The position numbers and the translations under genes were made by a program. Below are positions 22,951 to 34,952 of a stretch of DNA of 64,000 bases, piece by piece (the first letter of the stretch is position 1; each line of letters opens with the position of its first letter). Source of the stretch: Macrostomum hystrix (taxonomy: Eukaryota; Animalia; Platyhelminthes); the NCBI GenBank assembly GCA_950097015.1, contig CATNEN010000038.1, forward strand, positions 24,304,001-24,368,000, written 5' to 3'. The notes beneath the pieces were generated by a model that was given only the letters and a program-made list of their open reading frames with translations, ran no database searches and was not told where the DNA came from.

Positions 22951-23024
22951 CGGATCCTAGTGCAGTCGCTGAGTCAATCATTAACGAGGTGCGCGCTTTG
23001 TCTAGAAGAGCTGGGCAGCACTGA
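17458..23024 (+). CDS. AKAP10: AKAP10/D-AKAP2-like protein with two RGS domains and a C-terminal PKA-anchoring helix; exons approx. 17458-17497, 18196-18513, 18603-18701, 18774-18862, 19849-19978, 21219-21518, 22464-23024
   Basis: ASRLERSFADL...LLFQFQRYLQQCGQRHLLQFCFEADSFR; IKSDAVSLYKAYLAPEA; HYNDFLSSPILAEYQLDFLT...ISDIVYCSSLLFNFME; DDAFCLYDRYFSLQASCPLGFD...RVEVEVALC; FGRVDHLGRF; terminal AVAESIINEV helix. Confidence 0.85.
17540..18125. repeat. Two adjacent intronic minisatellites (GGAATCACCCTGGGATTCTCCACC-type; 28-bp GGAATTCCCTACTAGGTGTTCCCCAATC)
   Basis: Tandem units. Confidence 0.85.
19158..19515 (-). mobile_element. tRNA-derived SINE family B, near full length
   Basis: Reverse complement matches 31284-31625: head GGGGGTCGGTGGCAAAGCGGTTAACGCG...AAGTTCGATTCC, (TAA)n-type tail. 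Confidence 0.85.
20180..20990. repeat. CT-rich compound minisatellite (TCTCATCTCTCCCCTG-type)
   Basis: Tandem pyrimidine-rich units; source of spurious LSPVSSLPCLISP ORFs. Confidence 0.9.
21545..21720. repeat. About 41-bp tandem repeat, about 4 copies
   Basis: TTCTACTCAATAGTTTGCCTGTCCCCCAGCCTTCTGATCCG. Confidence 0.88.
21771..22110. repeat. Dispersed repeat family C (other copies about 37215-37620 and 55321-55650)
   Basis: Shared CCGAAGGTC..ATTTT(T)CCCAT..., CACCCCTAT.CACA, AGTGCGGCCTTGCCAGGC, TCACCCGAAT, TTTATCTAGACGGA, ATCAGTCACCACCC. Confidence 0.8.
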
Positions 23025-23814
23025 GCTATGCCTTTTTAAGGGGCATGTCGTGTACACGATATGTATCGAAAAAAGTTTTTTTCTAGAACTTGAAAAAAAG
23101 CTTTTGTGCAATCATATATGCCTGATCTGTATAAAAATTATTTATTTCCTAAATTAATAATCCGAAAGTTTCTATTATTTAGTTTAAAAAATCTAATGGT
23201 TTAATGTCATAATCCGATATGTTGCGAAAATTGTATCCTCAACTAACTACCTTTTGTTTTGATTTTTTTAATCCAGCTTTAAGTACGTTTGGCTATGTAA
23301 CTTTCTAGCAGATATGGCTAATCGAATATGGATTTATTTACATTTTATTTTCGTTTCCTGTTTATCACTCATGCCAATGCCGATAAATTAATTACAGAAA
23401 AATGAGAAACATTTTTTTACAAATCTTTCGTTTCTGAACTTTCATTTTAAAACGCTGTCTTCCACTATGTTTTAGTTCTGTTTAGTTTCAGAATTTTGTT
23501 TAAACGTTTAGCTTTCCTGAAAAATTGCTTGCCCTTGACTTTGATAAACTGTTAGTTACAATACTTTGTATATTATAAAGATTTCCTTCGAGCCAAAATC
23601 ATATTTACTGATATAATAAATATCAGATGTAACTCATTGTTTGCTGAAAACTAACTTAGTAAGTAAAAATTTTCCCATACTAATATATTATATACTTTTT
23701 TCTTACATTCATTCCAGTGTCCTAAAAAAGCCAGTCAGTGATTTATGATTAATCCCTGTTGGTTGCCTTAACTTCGCCTTAGAAGATAAATAGTTTTTTA
23801 TGATTATGTATATA

Positions 23815-25150
23815 ATCTCCCATCTCTCCCATCTCTATTCTCCTCATCTCAATCTCCCATCTCTATTCTCCTCATCTCAATCTCCCATCTCTATTCTCCT
23901 CATCTCAATCTCCCATCTCTATTCTCATCATCTCAATCTCCCATCTCTATTCTCCTCATCTCAATCTACCATCTCTATTCTCCTCATCTCAATCTCCCAT
24001 CTCTATTCTCCTCATCTCAATCTCCCATCTCTATTCTCATCATCTCAATCTACCATCTCTTTTCTCCTCATCTCAATCTCCCATCTCTTTTCTCCTCATC
24101 TCAATCTCCCATCTCTATTCTCCTCATCTCAATCTCCCATCTCTATTCTCCTCATCTCAATCTCCCATCTCTATTCTCATCATCTCAATCTACCATCTCT
24201 TTTCTCCTCATCTCAATCTCCCATCTCTATTCTTCTCATCTCAATCTCCCATCTCTATTCTCCTCATCTCAATCTCCCATCTCTATTCTCATCATCTCAA
24301 TCTACCATCTCTTTTCTCCTCATCTCAATCTACCATCTCTATTCTCCTCATCTCAATCTCCCATCTCTATTCTCATCATCTCAATCTACCATCTCTTTTC
24401 TCCTCATCTCAATCTCCCATCTCTATTCTCCTCATCTCAATCTCCCATCTCTATTCTCATCATCTCAATCTACCATCTCTTTTCTCCTCATCTCAATCTC
24501 CTATCTCTATTCTCTCATCTCAATTCCCATCTCTATTCTCCTCATCTTAATCTCCCATCTCTATTCTCCTCATCTCAATCTCCCATCTCTATTCTTCTCA
24601 TCTCGATCTCCCATCTCTATTCTCATCATCTCAATCTACCATCTCTTTTCTCCTCATCTCAATCTCCTATCTCTATTCTCTCATCTCAATTCCCATCTCT
24701 ATTCTCCTCATCTTAATCTCCCATCTCTATTCTCCTCATCTCAATCTCCCATCTCTATTCTCCTCATCTCAATCTCCCATCTCTATTCTCATCATCTCAA
24801 TCTACCATCTCTATTCTCATCATCTCAATCTACCATCTCTATTCTCCTCATCTCAATCTCCCATCTCTATTCTCATCATCACAATCTACCGTCTCTTTTC
24901 TCCTCATCTTAATCTCCCATCTCTATTCTCATCATCTCAATCTACCATCTCTTTTCTCCTCATCTCAATCTCCCATCTCTATTCTCCTCATCTCAATCTC
25001 CCATCTCTATTCTCATCATCTCAATCTACCATCTCTTTTCTCCTCATCTCAATCTCCCATCTCTATTCTCATCATCTCAATCTCCCATCTCTATTCTCAT
25101 CATCTCAATCTACCATCTCTGTTCTTCTCATCTCAATCTACCATCTATAT
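23815..25150. repeat. 28-bp minisatellite (CTCAATCTCCCATCTCTATTCTCCTCAT)
   Basis: About 47 tandem units. Confidence 0.95.
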
Positions 25151-25547
25151 TCTCCTTATCTGTATTCTGTTCATATTCCCATCAATAGAATTGAAAAAGC
25201 GCACCAAACAGATAATATTCTCATTCATTTCAACGCATGCTTGTTAATTCTTTGCAAAATATTATGTCTTAAAGGAATTTTCCTTGCATAGACAGATAAT
25301 GGTCTTGCAATTTTCTATTTGACTGCAATGCAAAAACCAAATACAGATGTTTGATTGTATTTTAATAAAAACCGGTAAAGTTCTACTGTCCGATTAAATA
25401 TTTACTTCATAGATAATCTTCCAGTGTTTATAAGAATTTTGTGTGACAATGATTCGTGTAAATAAATTCTATTGTAATTGTTTGCTAATTATGCTGCCTT
25501 CTGTTTTTTATTTCGTTTCTTTTAGAGAAGGAGGCATTAGGAAATAG

Positions 25548-26318
25548 GAGAGTGACAGGGTGAGATAAGAGAGTGACAGGGTGAGATAAGAGAGTGACAG
25601 GGTGAGATAGGAGAGTGACAGGGTGAGATAAGAGAGTGACAGGGTGAGATAAGAGAGTTACAGGGTGAGATAGGAGAGTGACAGGGTGAGATAAGAGAGT
25701 GACAGTGTGAGATAAGAGAGTGACAGGTGTGATAAGACAGTGACAGGGTGTGATAAGACAGTGGCAGGTGTGATAAGACAGTGACAGGGTGTGATAAGAC
25801 AGTGGCAGGTGTGATAAGACAGTGGCAGGTGTGATAAGACAGTGACAGAGTGTGATAAGAGAGTGACAGGTTGTGATAAGAGAGTGACAGAGTGTGATAA
25901 GAGAGTGACAGGGTGGTATAAGAGAGTGACAGGGTGTAACAAGACAGTGACAGTGTGTAATAAGAGAGTGACAGGGTGTGATAAGAGAGTGACAGGGTGG
26001 TATAAGAGAGTGACAGGGTGTAACAAGACAGTGACAGTGTGTAATAAGAGAGTGACAGGGTGTGATAAGAGAGTGACAGGTTGTGATAAGACAGTGACAG
26101 GGTGTGATAAGACAGTGGCAGGTGTGATAAGTGAGTGACAGGGTGGTATAAGAGAGTGACAGGGTGGTATAAGAGAGTGATAGGTGTGACAAGACAGTGA
26201 CAGAGTGTGATAAGACATTGACAAGGGTGTGATAAGAAAGTGACAGGTTGTGATAAGACAGTGACAGGGTGCGATAAGACAGTGACAGAGTGTGATAAGA
26301 GAGTGACAGGGTGTGATA
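25548..26318. repeat. About 21-bp minisatellite (GAGAGTGACAGGGTGTGATAA)
   Basis: Tandem units. Confidence 0.93.
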
Positions 26319-26747
26319 ATAGAGTAAAATAATGAGAAAAAAACCATTTTTTACAAAAGAGACGAATTAGTTAAGGGGGTATACGATTGGAGTTTTAAGT
26401 CTTTGTCCGAATATAATTTTGCGTTTTTTTCACATTGAGTATTTCCTTAAGGGCAGTACCAGTTTGTCTTCTGTTTCGCATATTTGTCTTCTTGCTTTTA
26501 TCAGTAAAATATTGTGTGGCTGTGTGTGCTCTTTTGTCTTCGACAATCATTCATTAGATCCAAACTCTAGTGATAGAAATATGAAACAGTATTAAAAAAC
26601 ACAAAGCAGGCGTCACAGTCCAGATGTTAGTCGTACACAGGTCTCAGTGCTGATAAGGAACGCCCGAACGATTGTATATTATACATGTGTGGCACTTCGG
26701 TAAAACAGTAAATCTTCGTATCAAAGACTCCATAACGAAAGCAAGCT

Positions 26748-27539
26748 ATGCCTCCGAGCTTCACTCTTTCCTGTGCAGTCTTTGCCGCTCTCGCCGTAAG
26801 CTCTATCCTCGCTTCCTCGATCGTCTGCACCAAGGAGTATCGTCCAGTTTGCGGAGTGGACGGCAGCACTTATCCGAACGCTTGCTTCGCGGAGGCGGCT
26901 GGAGTTGAGATTCGTCACAATGGGCCTTGCATCTCATTGTGCTTAAATATCTATCGTCCAGTGTGTGGAGTTGATGGCAAAACTTATCCTAATGATTGCT
27001 TCGCTAAGACAGCCGGGGTTGAACTTCAACACCTAGGCGAGTGCCCTGCTGAGCTGTGCCTCAATATTTACCAGCCTGTGTGCGGTGTTGACGCCAAGAC
27101 CTACTCAAATGAGTGCTTCGCCAGGGCTGCCGGAGTTGCAGTCAAGCACGTTGGCGAGTGTCCATCCAATAAGAACATTTGTATCAATATCTACCAGCCT
27201 GTGTGCGGTGTTGACGCCAAGACCTACTCAAATGAGTGCTTCGCCAGGGCTTCCGGAGTTGCAGTCAAGCACGTTGGCGAGTGTCCATCCAATAAGAACA
27301 TTTGTATCAATATCTACCAGCCTGTGTGCGGTGTTGACGCCAAGACCTACTCAAATGAGTGCTTCGCCAGGGCTGCCGGAGTTGCAGTCAAGCACGTTGG
27401 CGAGTGTCCATCCAATAAGAACATTTGTATCAATATCTACCAGCCTGTGTGCGGTGTTGACGCCAAGACCTACTCAAATGAGTGCTTCGCCAGGGCTGCC
27501 GGAGTTGCAGTCAAGCACGTTGGCGAGTGTCCGAAGTAG
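26748..27539 (+). CDS. Secreted multi-domain Kazal-type serine protease inhibitor (6 domains, intronless)
   Basis: Hydrophobic signal peptide; six C-x7-CGVD-x2-TY-x-N-x-C...G-x-C units; the last domains are near-identical 123-bp repeats; AATAAA at about 27606. Confidence 0.92.
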   Translation: MPPSFTLSCAVFAALAVSSILASSIVCTKEYRPVCGVDGSTYPNACFAEAAGVEIRHNGPCISLCLNIYRPVCGVDGKTYPNDCFAKTAGVELQHLGECPAELCLNIYQPVCGVDAKTYSNECFARAAGVAVKHVGECPSNKNICINIYQPVCGVDAKTYSNECFARASGVAVKHVGECPSNKNICINIYQPVCGVDAKTYSNECFARAAGVAVKHVGECPSNKNICINIYQPVCGVDAKTYSNECFARAAGVAVKHVGECPK

Positions 27540-28620
27540 TGGACTGAGGTTTTCAGTCGCGTTCAGTCGGGTTTCAGTTTAGGTTTTCAGTCGTTCAGAC
27601 TTTCTAATAAAAGTCGAAATATAAGAGAATATATTGCGCGTCAAAACTCTGCACTTCTCGTACTTGTGACTGCCAATGCTAAATTGAAGCAATTAAATAC
27701 AATCAAAACTTGAATAAAGACAGGTTTTCAATAATCCGAGACACCAGTTGATATAAGCGTGGAGGGAAGGCTTGGAACTTTTGGTCCCAGTAACCACAGA
27801 TACCTCAGGCATCCTAAGCAATAAAAATCCATGGCAAGCGACGCTATTAAATTGTTTTAAACGCATTAAAAGATGGTGTGCCTAAATGTGTTTGAGAAAC
27901 TGTTTAAAAAATTCCAGTTAATAATTTTTTTGCAATTTCCTTTATGAGACTTTCGATACCTTTCTGAGACGTCTTTGAGGTTTGTGGTCTTGAAGTATCT
28001 CGAAATCACGACAGCGTATTAGAGTTTCTCTTCTACGCTTCTCTTAAGGGTCTTAAAATCGTGCTCACAGTAGTAAGACCACGCTTTTCCCCCTGGGGGT
28101 ATCTCGAATACCCGCTGCCTCCTTCACGAACTGAAGCTCTCAAACTAAATGACCTATTTTGGTGGAAGTCCACCATATGGATCTAAATATCCCGCTTTTT
28201 ACGATGAACTCACTTTCAAAGCCGTACGACGTCAGCGTCGTCAAGATATTTGGCGATTCTTGTTGAAGACAAGTTGGTGACAATGACAACTTGATATGGC
28301 CGAAATGGTGGTTTTTGCCACCACACACCCCGTCAAGAATCGTTGAATATCACGACGATGCCGATGTTTTGTGATTCTTAAAGTTGTTTAATAGGATAGA
28401 CCGGAAAGTTTTAGCCTGTGATCTGGATTTTTACGGCGATTGGTTGAATATTTTGGAAGATACAGAAAATGTGGAAAATCACCAACATACGAGTATAATG
28501 AATATAATATTTGTAGCTAACCATTTTTCGCCTTCACTCTTTCAGTAAACCTAAAAAATCTTTCGCGAACTTTTGAAAACAAGGCAGTTAAGGAAACAAA
28601 ATACACACAATTTTCAATAA

Positions 28621-29826
28621 ATGGACGAACACTTGGCTGCCGCGCGCGACCGTCGGCGTCGTGCTTTGGGTCGTTTGAAACGACCGTTGCGCAATTTCGG
28701 CTGCGCTCACCTGGTCTGCGGCCTGCTGCTGGGCGCCTGCGAGATCGCTATCTTTGCTAAATTGTCGGGTCCCGAGCAGGTGCGTCATCTTCATCTTTTT
28801 TCTGATTCTCCAATCATCTAGTTCGTCTGAACCTCTAAAGAGGTTGTAGCCTTGCGTTTAGAGCGTCGGGCTCACGACTTAAAGGTCGGTGGTTCGATCC
28901 CCGACTAGACTGAAACAATCTGTGTCCTTTTGCAACACACTTAACTCTGCATTGCTTCAGTTCCCCCAGCTGTTAAATGGGTACCAGCATTATCTGGGGT
29001 AATTAAAGGTGGTTGGGGCGTCCCCCCAGTCCATGGACTGAACAGCCGAACGCAGCCTTCAGATTCGCCACGCATTAACTGCGGCTGTGCTGTCGGCTGC
29101 CCATGTGGCCCAATCGGGGCAGGTGTAATCGGTTATATTAAATTATTCCATTATTTTTCTAAATTTTTTTTATTAGCTCTACAGGATCGCTACAATTTTA
29201 CCACGTTATTATGCCGCCGACATCACTCGCAGGTACCGTCTCGCAGCCTTCACCAGCTAGTTGTATTCCTATCGCCAGTATTCATCCTAACTGGCCTACT
29301 ATCTCTAGGCTTCTATTTTACTCCCCCGGCTTCGCTGCGTCGACTGGCAGTTTTAAGCGTTGTAGCCGCCGCCGCCGCTCTGTGCTGCTCAGTTGTTGGC
29401 ATCTCCGTTGTGTCCAACAGTCTGCAAGGTCACGCTACGGCTACCGCATCCATGCCTGTTGCCGTTGTTAGCGACGGCTCAAGCTTCTCGATGGCGATGC
29501 ACGGCGTTGAAGCCGCCCTATTGGCTATTGAAACTCTGGCCAGTATTGGTCACCTAATCCTCGGCTGTCGCCAGTTCTGCTGTCGCGAGCTGCATCCAGT
29601 TGGCGACGCTGAAGCTGGCGCGGCTGCCGACGATGATATCGAAGTAGCCGATTCCAACGAGCTGGCCCAGCGCACTGCTGTGGCTCGCAGCGCCAGTCGA
29701 GACAGTCGCTTGTCGCCTTATTACGAGCAGAGCAATCGCAGCTTCTTGGAAATGGCTAAAGAACGCGAGAAGGAGCGAGATAGAGAGGCCGCTGAAGCTG
29801 CGAAAGATATCGCTGCTAGTGATTGA
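28621..29826 (+). CDS. Small spliced putative multi-pass membrane protein; exon structure not fully resolved
   Basis: Exon 1 has hydrophobic FGCAHLVCGLLLGACEIAIF; last exon has LAVLSVVAAAAALCCSVVGISVV and MHGVEAALLAIETLASIGHLILGC. Middle-exon phase is uncertain. Confidence 0.5.
28840..29140 (+). mobile_element. tRNA-derived SINE family A, most complete copy
   Basis: GTAGCCTTGCGTTTAGAGCGTCGGGCTCACGACTTAAAGGTCGGTGGTTCGATCCCCGAC head; related copies at 3350, 8672 and 53790. Confidence 0.8.
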
Positions 29827-29989
29827 AGTTGTGAACAGAAATAATCGATTATCGATTTTACTTCAACTCAATTATTAGTGGAATTTTTTTATTCAGAACA
29901 CTGGCTATTATTTATGCTTGAATGCTTATGGGGCAGCTGCTTTGCTTTTCTCAAAGCTTTTTTGTTTCTGCTTTTAAGTAATAAGTAAC

Positions 29990-30085
29990 GCTAAGGTACT
30001 CTGTTTCACAAAAGGTAAGGCAACTCTGTTTCACAAAAGGTAAGGCAACTCTGTTTCACAAAAGGTAAGGCAACTCTGTTTCAGA
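29990..30085. repeat. Short tandem repeat (ACTCTGTTTCACAAAAGGTAAGGCA, 25 bp, about 4 copies)
   Basis: Tandem units. Confidence 0.85.
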
Positions 30086-31283
30086 AAAAATGGCGTGAAG
30101 TTTTTTTGCACTTTGGGTTCACTGAAAAATGTGCATATTTTATATCAACTTGGCTATTTGGTCGATTTGTCTATGATCAAACAATAACAGAATATTCTAG
30201 TTTTTTACCATAGACGTTTCGAACAATGACGTATATTTAATTATTTTAATGATTGTATAAAGTTAATATGAACAGAGGACGATAGAAATTGTCTGTCTGT
30301 GATTCTTTAAATTGAAATTTTTATTCATAAGAAACGTTTTATCGATCAGTTTTTACAATACTGCATAATCGCTTGCTATTATGTTTATTAACTATTTAAT
30401 ATGCACCTGCATTTACGTCTACATTCTTATATTTAACACTCGCTCAGCTCGTTTAGTCATTGCATTACAAATATTATTATTCCGTTTTAGCGACGCAAAC
30501 CGCTTTAACAAAAATTGTTACATTATATCTAACAGTTTTTTATCTTTCCAGTATTATATAGTGTAGTTTACTATTCAGTTCTCAATCGTTCAGTATTAAC
30601 AAATTTCTAGTCAACATATTTATGTAAAATATTTTATACAAGCTTTTTTGCAGTTGTATTTATCATGACATTGCTTTGCTCTTTTCACTTTTAGTCTCTA
30701 ACAGGTTTTTTTACATTACGTTTTTCAGTTTTTTAGGTTATATTTTATACTCTTTTAAGTAAATTTTGCACTGGCTTTTTGCCGGCCGCACCAGCAATTA
30801 ATAAAATGTTAAATATCGGCTTTGCTTTTCTCGAGTTTGTTTCTGTTGTTTAATTGATTATTTTGTTTCTTAACAGTCGACTGGAACTTATTACAAATTA
30901 GTACATATGTTTATCTAACAGTGTAGCGATCGTTTTTTCCACGAAATCATCAGTGAAGGTCTGCAAGAATTATTTTTAGCAAGTTAATAACACCAAGTAG
31001 GGTCGCTATTTTTGCTATTTTTAGGATTTCTAAAAATAGCAATAACTTAAGCTCTCAATGAACCATTAACTCTAATCGTTATTTTTCACAAAAGTTCCTT
31101 TTTAGTTCCCCGACTAAAAAAACTGATTATTATCGCTTGTTGTCCCTGGACACTAGCGCATAAATTGTCTAGAGTCGAACCACCGCCAAATAGGAGGTCA
31201 TTCCGCCCATTCCACTGACCCCTGAGCACACAAACGTACACGAGTATGTACGCAGGCACATACCCGGGTGTGTACATCTGACT

Positions 31284-31627
31284 TAGGGGGTCAGTGGCAG
31301 AGCGGTTAACGCGTTTGCCTCTCGCACCAAGGTCCCTAAGTTCGATTCCACGGCCAGGCCACATTTATTTGGGGCGCAGTCGCGGAGAGAAGGCTTGGGG
31401 GGCTTGTCGTGCAATTTACGCCCTTGAGGGCCAACCTCCAAGACACAGTGAGAGTGTAGCGACGATGAGAAAGTCAGGGCAGATGTACACACCTGTGTGA
31501 GCGTATGCCTGCGTACAGTATCTATGTGCGTGTGCGCTCAGGAGTCAGCGAAGTGTACGGAGTTGCCTCTGCCGTCACCAAATGATGTGCAATTACCCCA
31601 AGCCCTCCTTCAATTATTATTATTATC
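31284..31627 (+). mobile_element. tRNA-derived SINE family B, inserted into an older opposite-strand copy (about 31165-31281 and 31634-31705)
   Basis: High similarity to the reverse complement of 19158-19515; the flanks are the two halves of an antisense copy. Confidence 0.82.
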
Positions 31628-31835
31628 ATGCTGCCGTGACCTTCTCATTGTTAGACCTTCTCATCTTACGGCCCTTTAGGCGTAAATTGCACGATAGGCC
31701 CCACAAGGTTCCCAAAAAATCGGGATTTGACGCGGATTCGAGTTTAGTGACGTTTTCTGCAAAATATGTTGCTTATTTGAATTAGTTTTTTTTCATTTCC
31801 AGCAGTAAAATTGAACAAAGCCAAACCCGCCTAAC

Positions 31836-32768
31836 ATGGAGCTGTCGGTGCAGACGAGGACCTACCTAGTCCTGGGCATCATGGTGTGCTGCTTTGCCGT
31901 ATTATATCCGAAAATCTTCCACCCAATGATCATGGCCTGCCTAGGCATGCGCCAGTCATCCTCATCGTCGGCATCTTCGTCAGGCGACTGGCCAGACAGC
32001 GCGGCTCATCCGAGACTGCGCCGACCGATGCCCGGTGGCGCCAGTTCTGGCGGACCTGGAGGCCCTGGAGGCCGCATGGCGGCTGAGCACGCGGCCTCGA
32101 TGCAGGCCCGCCAGCAGAGCGGCGGCTTTGGCGGCAAAGGCAACGTAGTAGGTCTAATTCTACCGGTGTACGCTATCGGCATTGTGCTTTACCTGGTGTA
32201 CACCTTAGTTAAAGTAATGGGCGGCTTCAAGTCCAATAATGCTAACGGCAACAATGGTCGCAACGGGAATAGCTCCGTTAATGATTATTATAAAAATTTT
32301 CATTTCGATCCGTTGAGCGGCGAATTTGTTGATAATAACGGCGGCAACGAAGGCCCGGGTGATCGTCGACGCAACGGCAACCATTTCAGTGGCGGCAGCG
32401 GCGATGTCGGTAGCGCCGTTGACCCCGCCGGCTCAGACCAGAATCGATACGAAAGAATGCACAGAGATTTGGAGAAGCTGCTGCGTCGAGTGGACGATCA
32501 GGACATCTCGGAGAATGAGCTGGTGCAGCTGCGCAGCAGACTAGAAGAGACTGAGCGACAGATGACTACCATCCTGAGCGCTATGCAGAATCTGCAACAC
32601 AAGCAGGCTTCAAGTGCTGCCGCCACCGCCTCTGACGCTGTTGCATCAACTTCCGCTTCGCCGGAAGCGGTTAAAGAAAATGACGCAGCATCTAATTCGC
32701 CTGCTAAAGAGGCGGATGAGTGCGAGACTCGACATAGAAAGGCCTACCCGTTGGCCTCGGACGAGTAG
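31836..32768 (+). CDS. RIC3: Resistance to inhibitors of cholinesterase protein 3 (nAChR chaperone), single coding exon
   Basis: IMVCCFAVLYPKIFHPM; second TM LILPVYAIGIVLYLVYTLVK; coiled coil ELVQLRSRLEETERQMTTIL. Confidence 0.92.
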   Translation: MELSVQTRTYLVLGIMVCCFAVLYPKIFHPMIMACLGMRQSSSSSASSSGDWPDSAAHPRLRRPMPGGASSGGPGGPGGRMAAEHAASMQARQQSGGFGGKGNVVGLILPVYAIGIVLYLVYTLVKVMGGFKSNNANGNNGRNGNSSVNDYYKNFHFDPLSGEFVDNNGGNEGPGDRRRNGNHFSGGSGDVGSAVDPAGSDQNRYERMHRDLEKLLRRVDDQDISENELVQLRSRLEETERQMTTILSAMQNLQHKQASSAAATASDAVASTSASPEAVKENDAASNSPAKEADECETRHRKAYPLASDE

Positions 32769-33419
32769 AGAAAACTAGAGTCGGGAAAGTTCCAGGCATT
32801 ATCGATCGGTTGAAGATTATTCGATTCGGCTAAGGACAACCTTAAATATTGTTAACTGAGACTACAAATAAATACAAACAAGTTTTAGTTAGGCAATCGA
32901 TATATATAACAAATATCGTCACTGTTCTGTTATTCTATTACTCGAATCTGTCTGTCTAAGCGTTCTTTTTTTATTGGCTTTATCGATTCAAATCTTACAC
33001 TGAACACAGAGAACTTTTTAGTTTAGTAATTCTTTTTTTTAATAATAATTATTTCTTTTTTTTGCACTTAAAAACATAAAAATGGTTTATTAATAATGCA
33101 TGTTTATACTCACATATACATGCGCAAGTAGCACTTGCACTTACACACACTGCTGACATAAATATTCTTGATTTTTGTTTAACTTTTTTCTTTGTAATTT
33201 TTAGGTATTTGAGTTTATTTCAGTTCAGCTCTGCATTAGTCATACGGCATGTCTTATAGCTGATTTGTTATCCAGTGACTTTCCTAACCACATTATTTGC
33301 GGGGAGCAACTTGTTTTCTGAAACAACTGTTTGTTCTTTATTTGTTGGGCATATTTCTGTAATGACTTTCATGCAACATTTTCAGTCTAAAGTGAACCCC
33401 CCAAGATACGTTTAACGCT

Positions 33420-34250
33420 TAAAAAACCGCTACCTCCAAAAACGCCCTACTCCCGAAACAGCCCTAGCCATAAAACACCCAGCCATCAAAATTCAAACGC
33501 TTAAAAACACCTCTCTCACTTCAAAGCACCCCTACCCTCAAAGCACCCCTCCCTTAAAACACCCCAAACCCAAAATTCACCCTCACTCCCAAAACACCCC
33601 TTCCCCAGAGCACCCCTTCCCCAGAGCACCTCTACCCCAAAACACTTCTACCCCAAAGCTCCCCTACCCCAAAAACACCCCTACCCCAAAGCACCCCTAC
33701 CCCAAAACACCCCTACCCCAAAAACACCCCTACCCCAAAAACACCCCTACCCCAAAGCTCCCCTACCCCAAAAACACCCCTACCCCAAAGCTCCCCTACC
33801 CCAAAGCACCCCTACCCCAAAGCACCCCTACCCCAAAGCAACCCTACCCCAAATAACCCTTACCCCAAAGCACCCCTACCCCAAAGCTCCCCTACCCCAA
33901 AAACACCCCTACCCCAAAGCTCCCCTACCCCAAAAACACCCCTACCCCAAAGCACCCCTACCACAAAACACCCCTACCCCAAAGCACCCCTACCCCAAAG
34001 CAACCCTACCCCAAAGCACCCCTACCCCAAAGCTCCCCTACCCCAAAGCACCCCTACCCCAAAGCAACCCTACCCCAAATAACCCCTACCCCAAAGCACC
34101 CCTACCCCAAAGCTCCCCTACCCCAAAAACACCCCTACCCCAAAGCACCCCTACCACAAAACACCCCTACCCCAAAACACCCCTATCCCCAAATCACCCC
34201 TACCCCCAAGCACCTCTACCCCTACACCACCCTACCCCCAAAAAGCACGC
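33420..34250. repeat. C-rich minisatellite (CACCCCTACCCCAAAG, 16-17 bp); G-rich on the minus strand
   Basis: Tandem units with two C4 runs each. Confidence 0.93.
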
Positions 34251-34952
34251 CTATGTCAACGTATATCAATGTCATGTTGAGTTTTAAAATGCTGCTTAAG
34301 TAGCTTATTTTTACCATGTTTTTTGTTACGTACCACTACATTTTTCTTTTATTTTTTCTTTTGTTATATAATTGTTCTTTCTGTTGTGTTCTACTTGCGT
34401 TTTTGTAAGTTAACTTATTGGTATTATCATTACCATGTATATTTCAAGTCTAGTCAGGCTTCATTTCTAGGCTCACCTTGCTTGTAGATTGAAGACAATT
34501 TTTTAATACTTTTTAAGAGTGACGCTTCTTATTGATACATTATAGTCTGTCTGCATGCATAAAATACACACACTGAACTAATCTCACGTAACTATTCATT
34601 TGGATGTTTATTGAATTTATCTATCCATTTCAGATTTTCAACAGCATAGTGACTCATTGAATCCCTTTAATCCATATCAATTTTTTATTAAATTAAATGT
34701 GATTATCTTACCTATTTCGCTATTCAATACATTTTCTCACTTTTTTACTCAACTTTTAGGCCATTATTTACTTAATTTACTTTAGTTAATTCTTTGTCAG
34801 CTATTATCCACCGGTAATTCCGTAATTATATTCCCAATCTCATTTACCAAAATCCATTTATAATTTATAGTTTCTGATTTAATAAGTAGTGAAATATACT
34901 CAACGTTGTTCATGTATTAATTTCAGGATTTCCATCAGGTTGCCGCTTGGCC

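Noticed and set aside
20122-26347. Leu/Ser/His/Cys-rich ORFs (also 54434-54873 and 59346-60381)
   Set aside because: Translations of minisatellites
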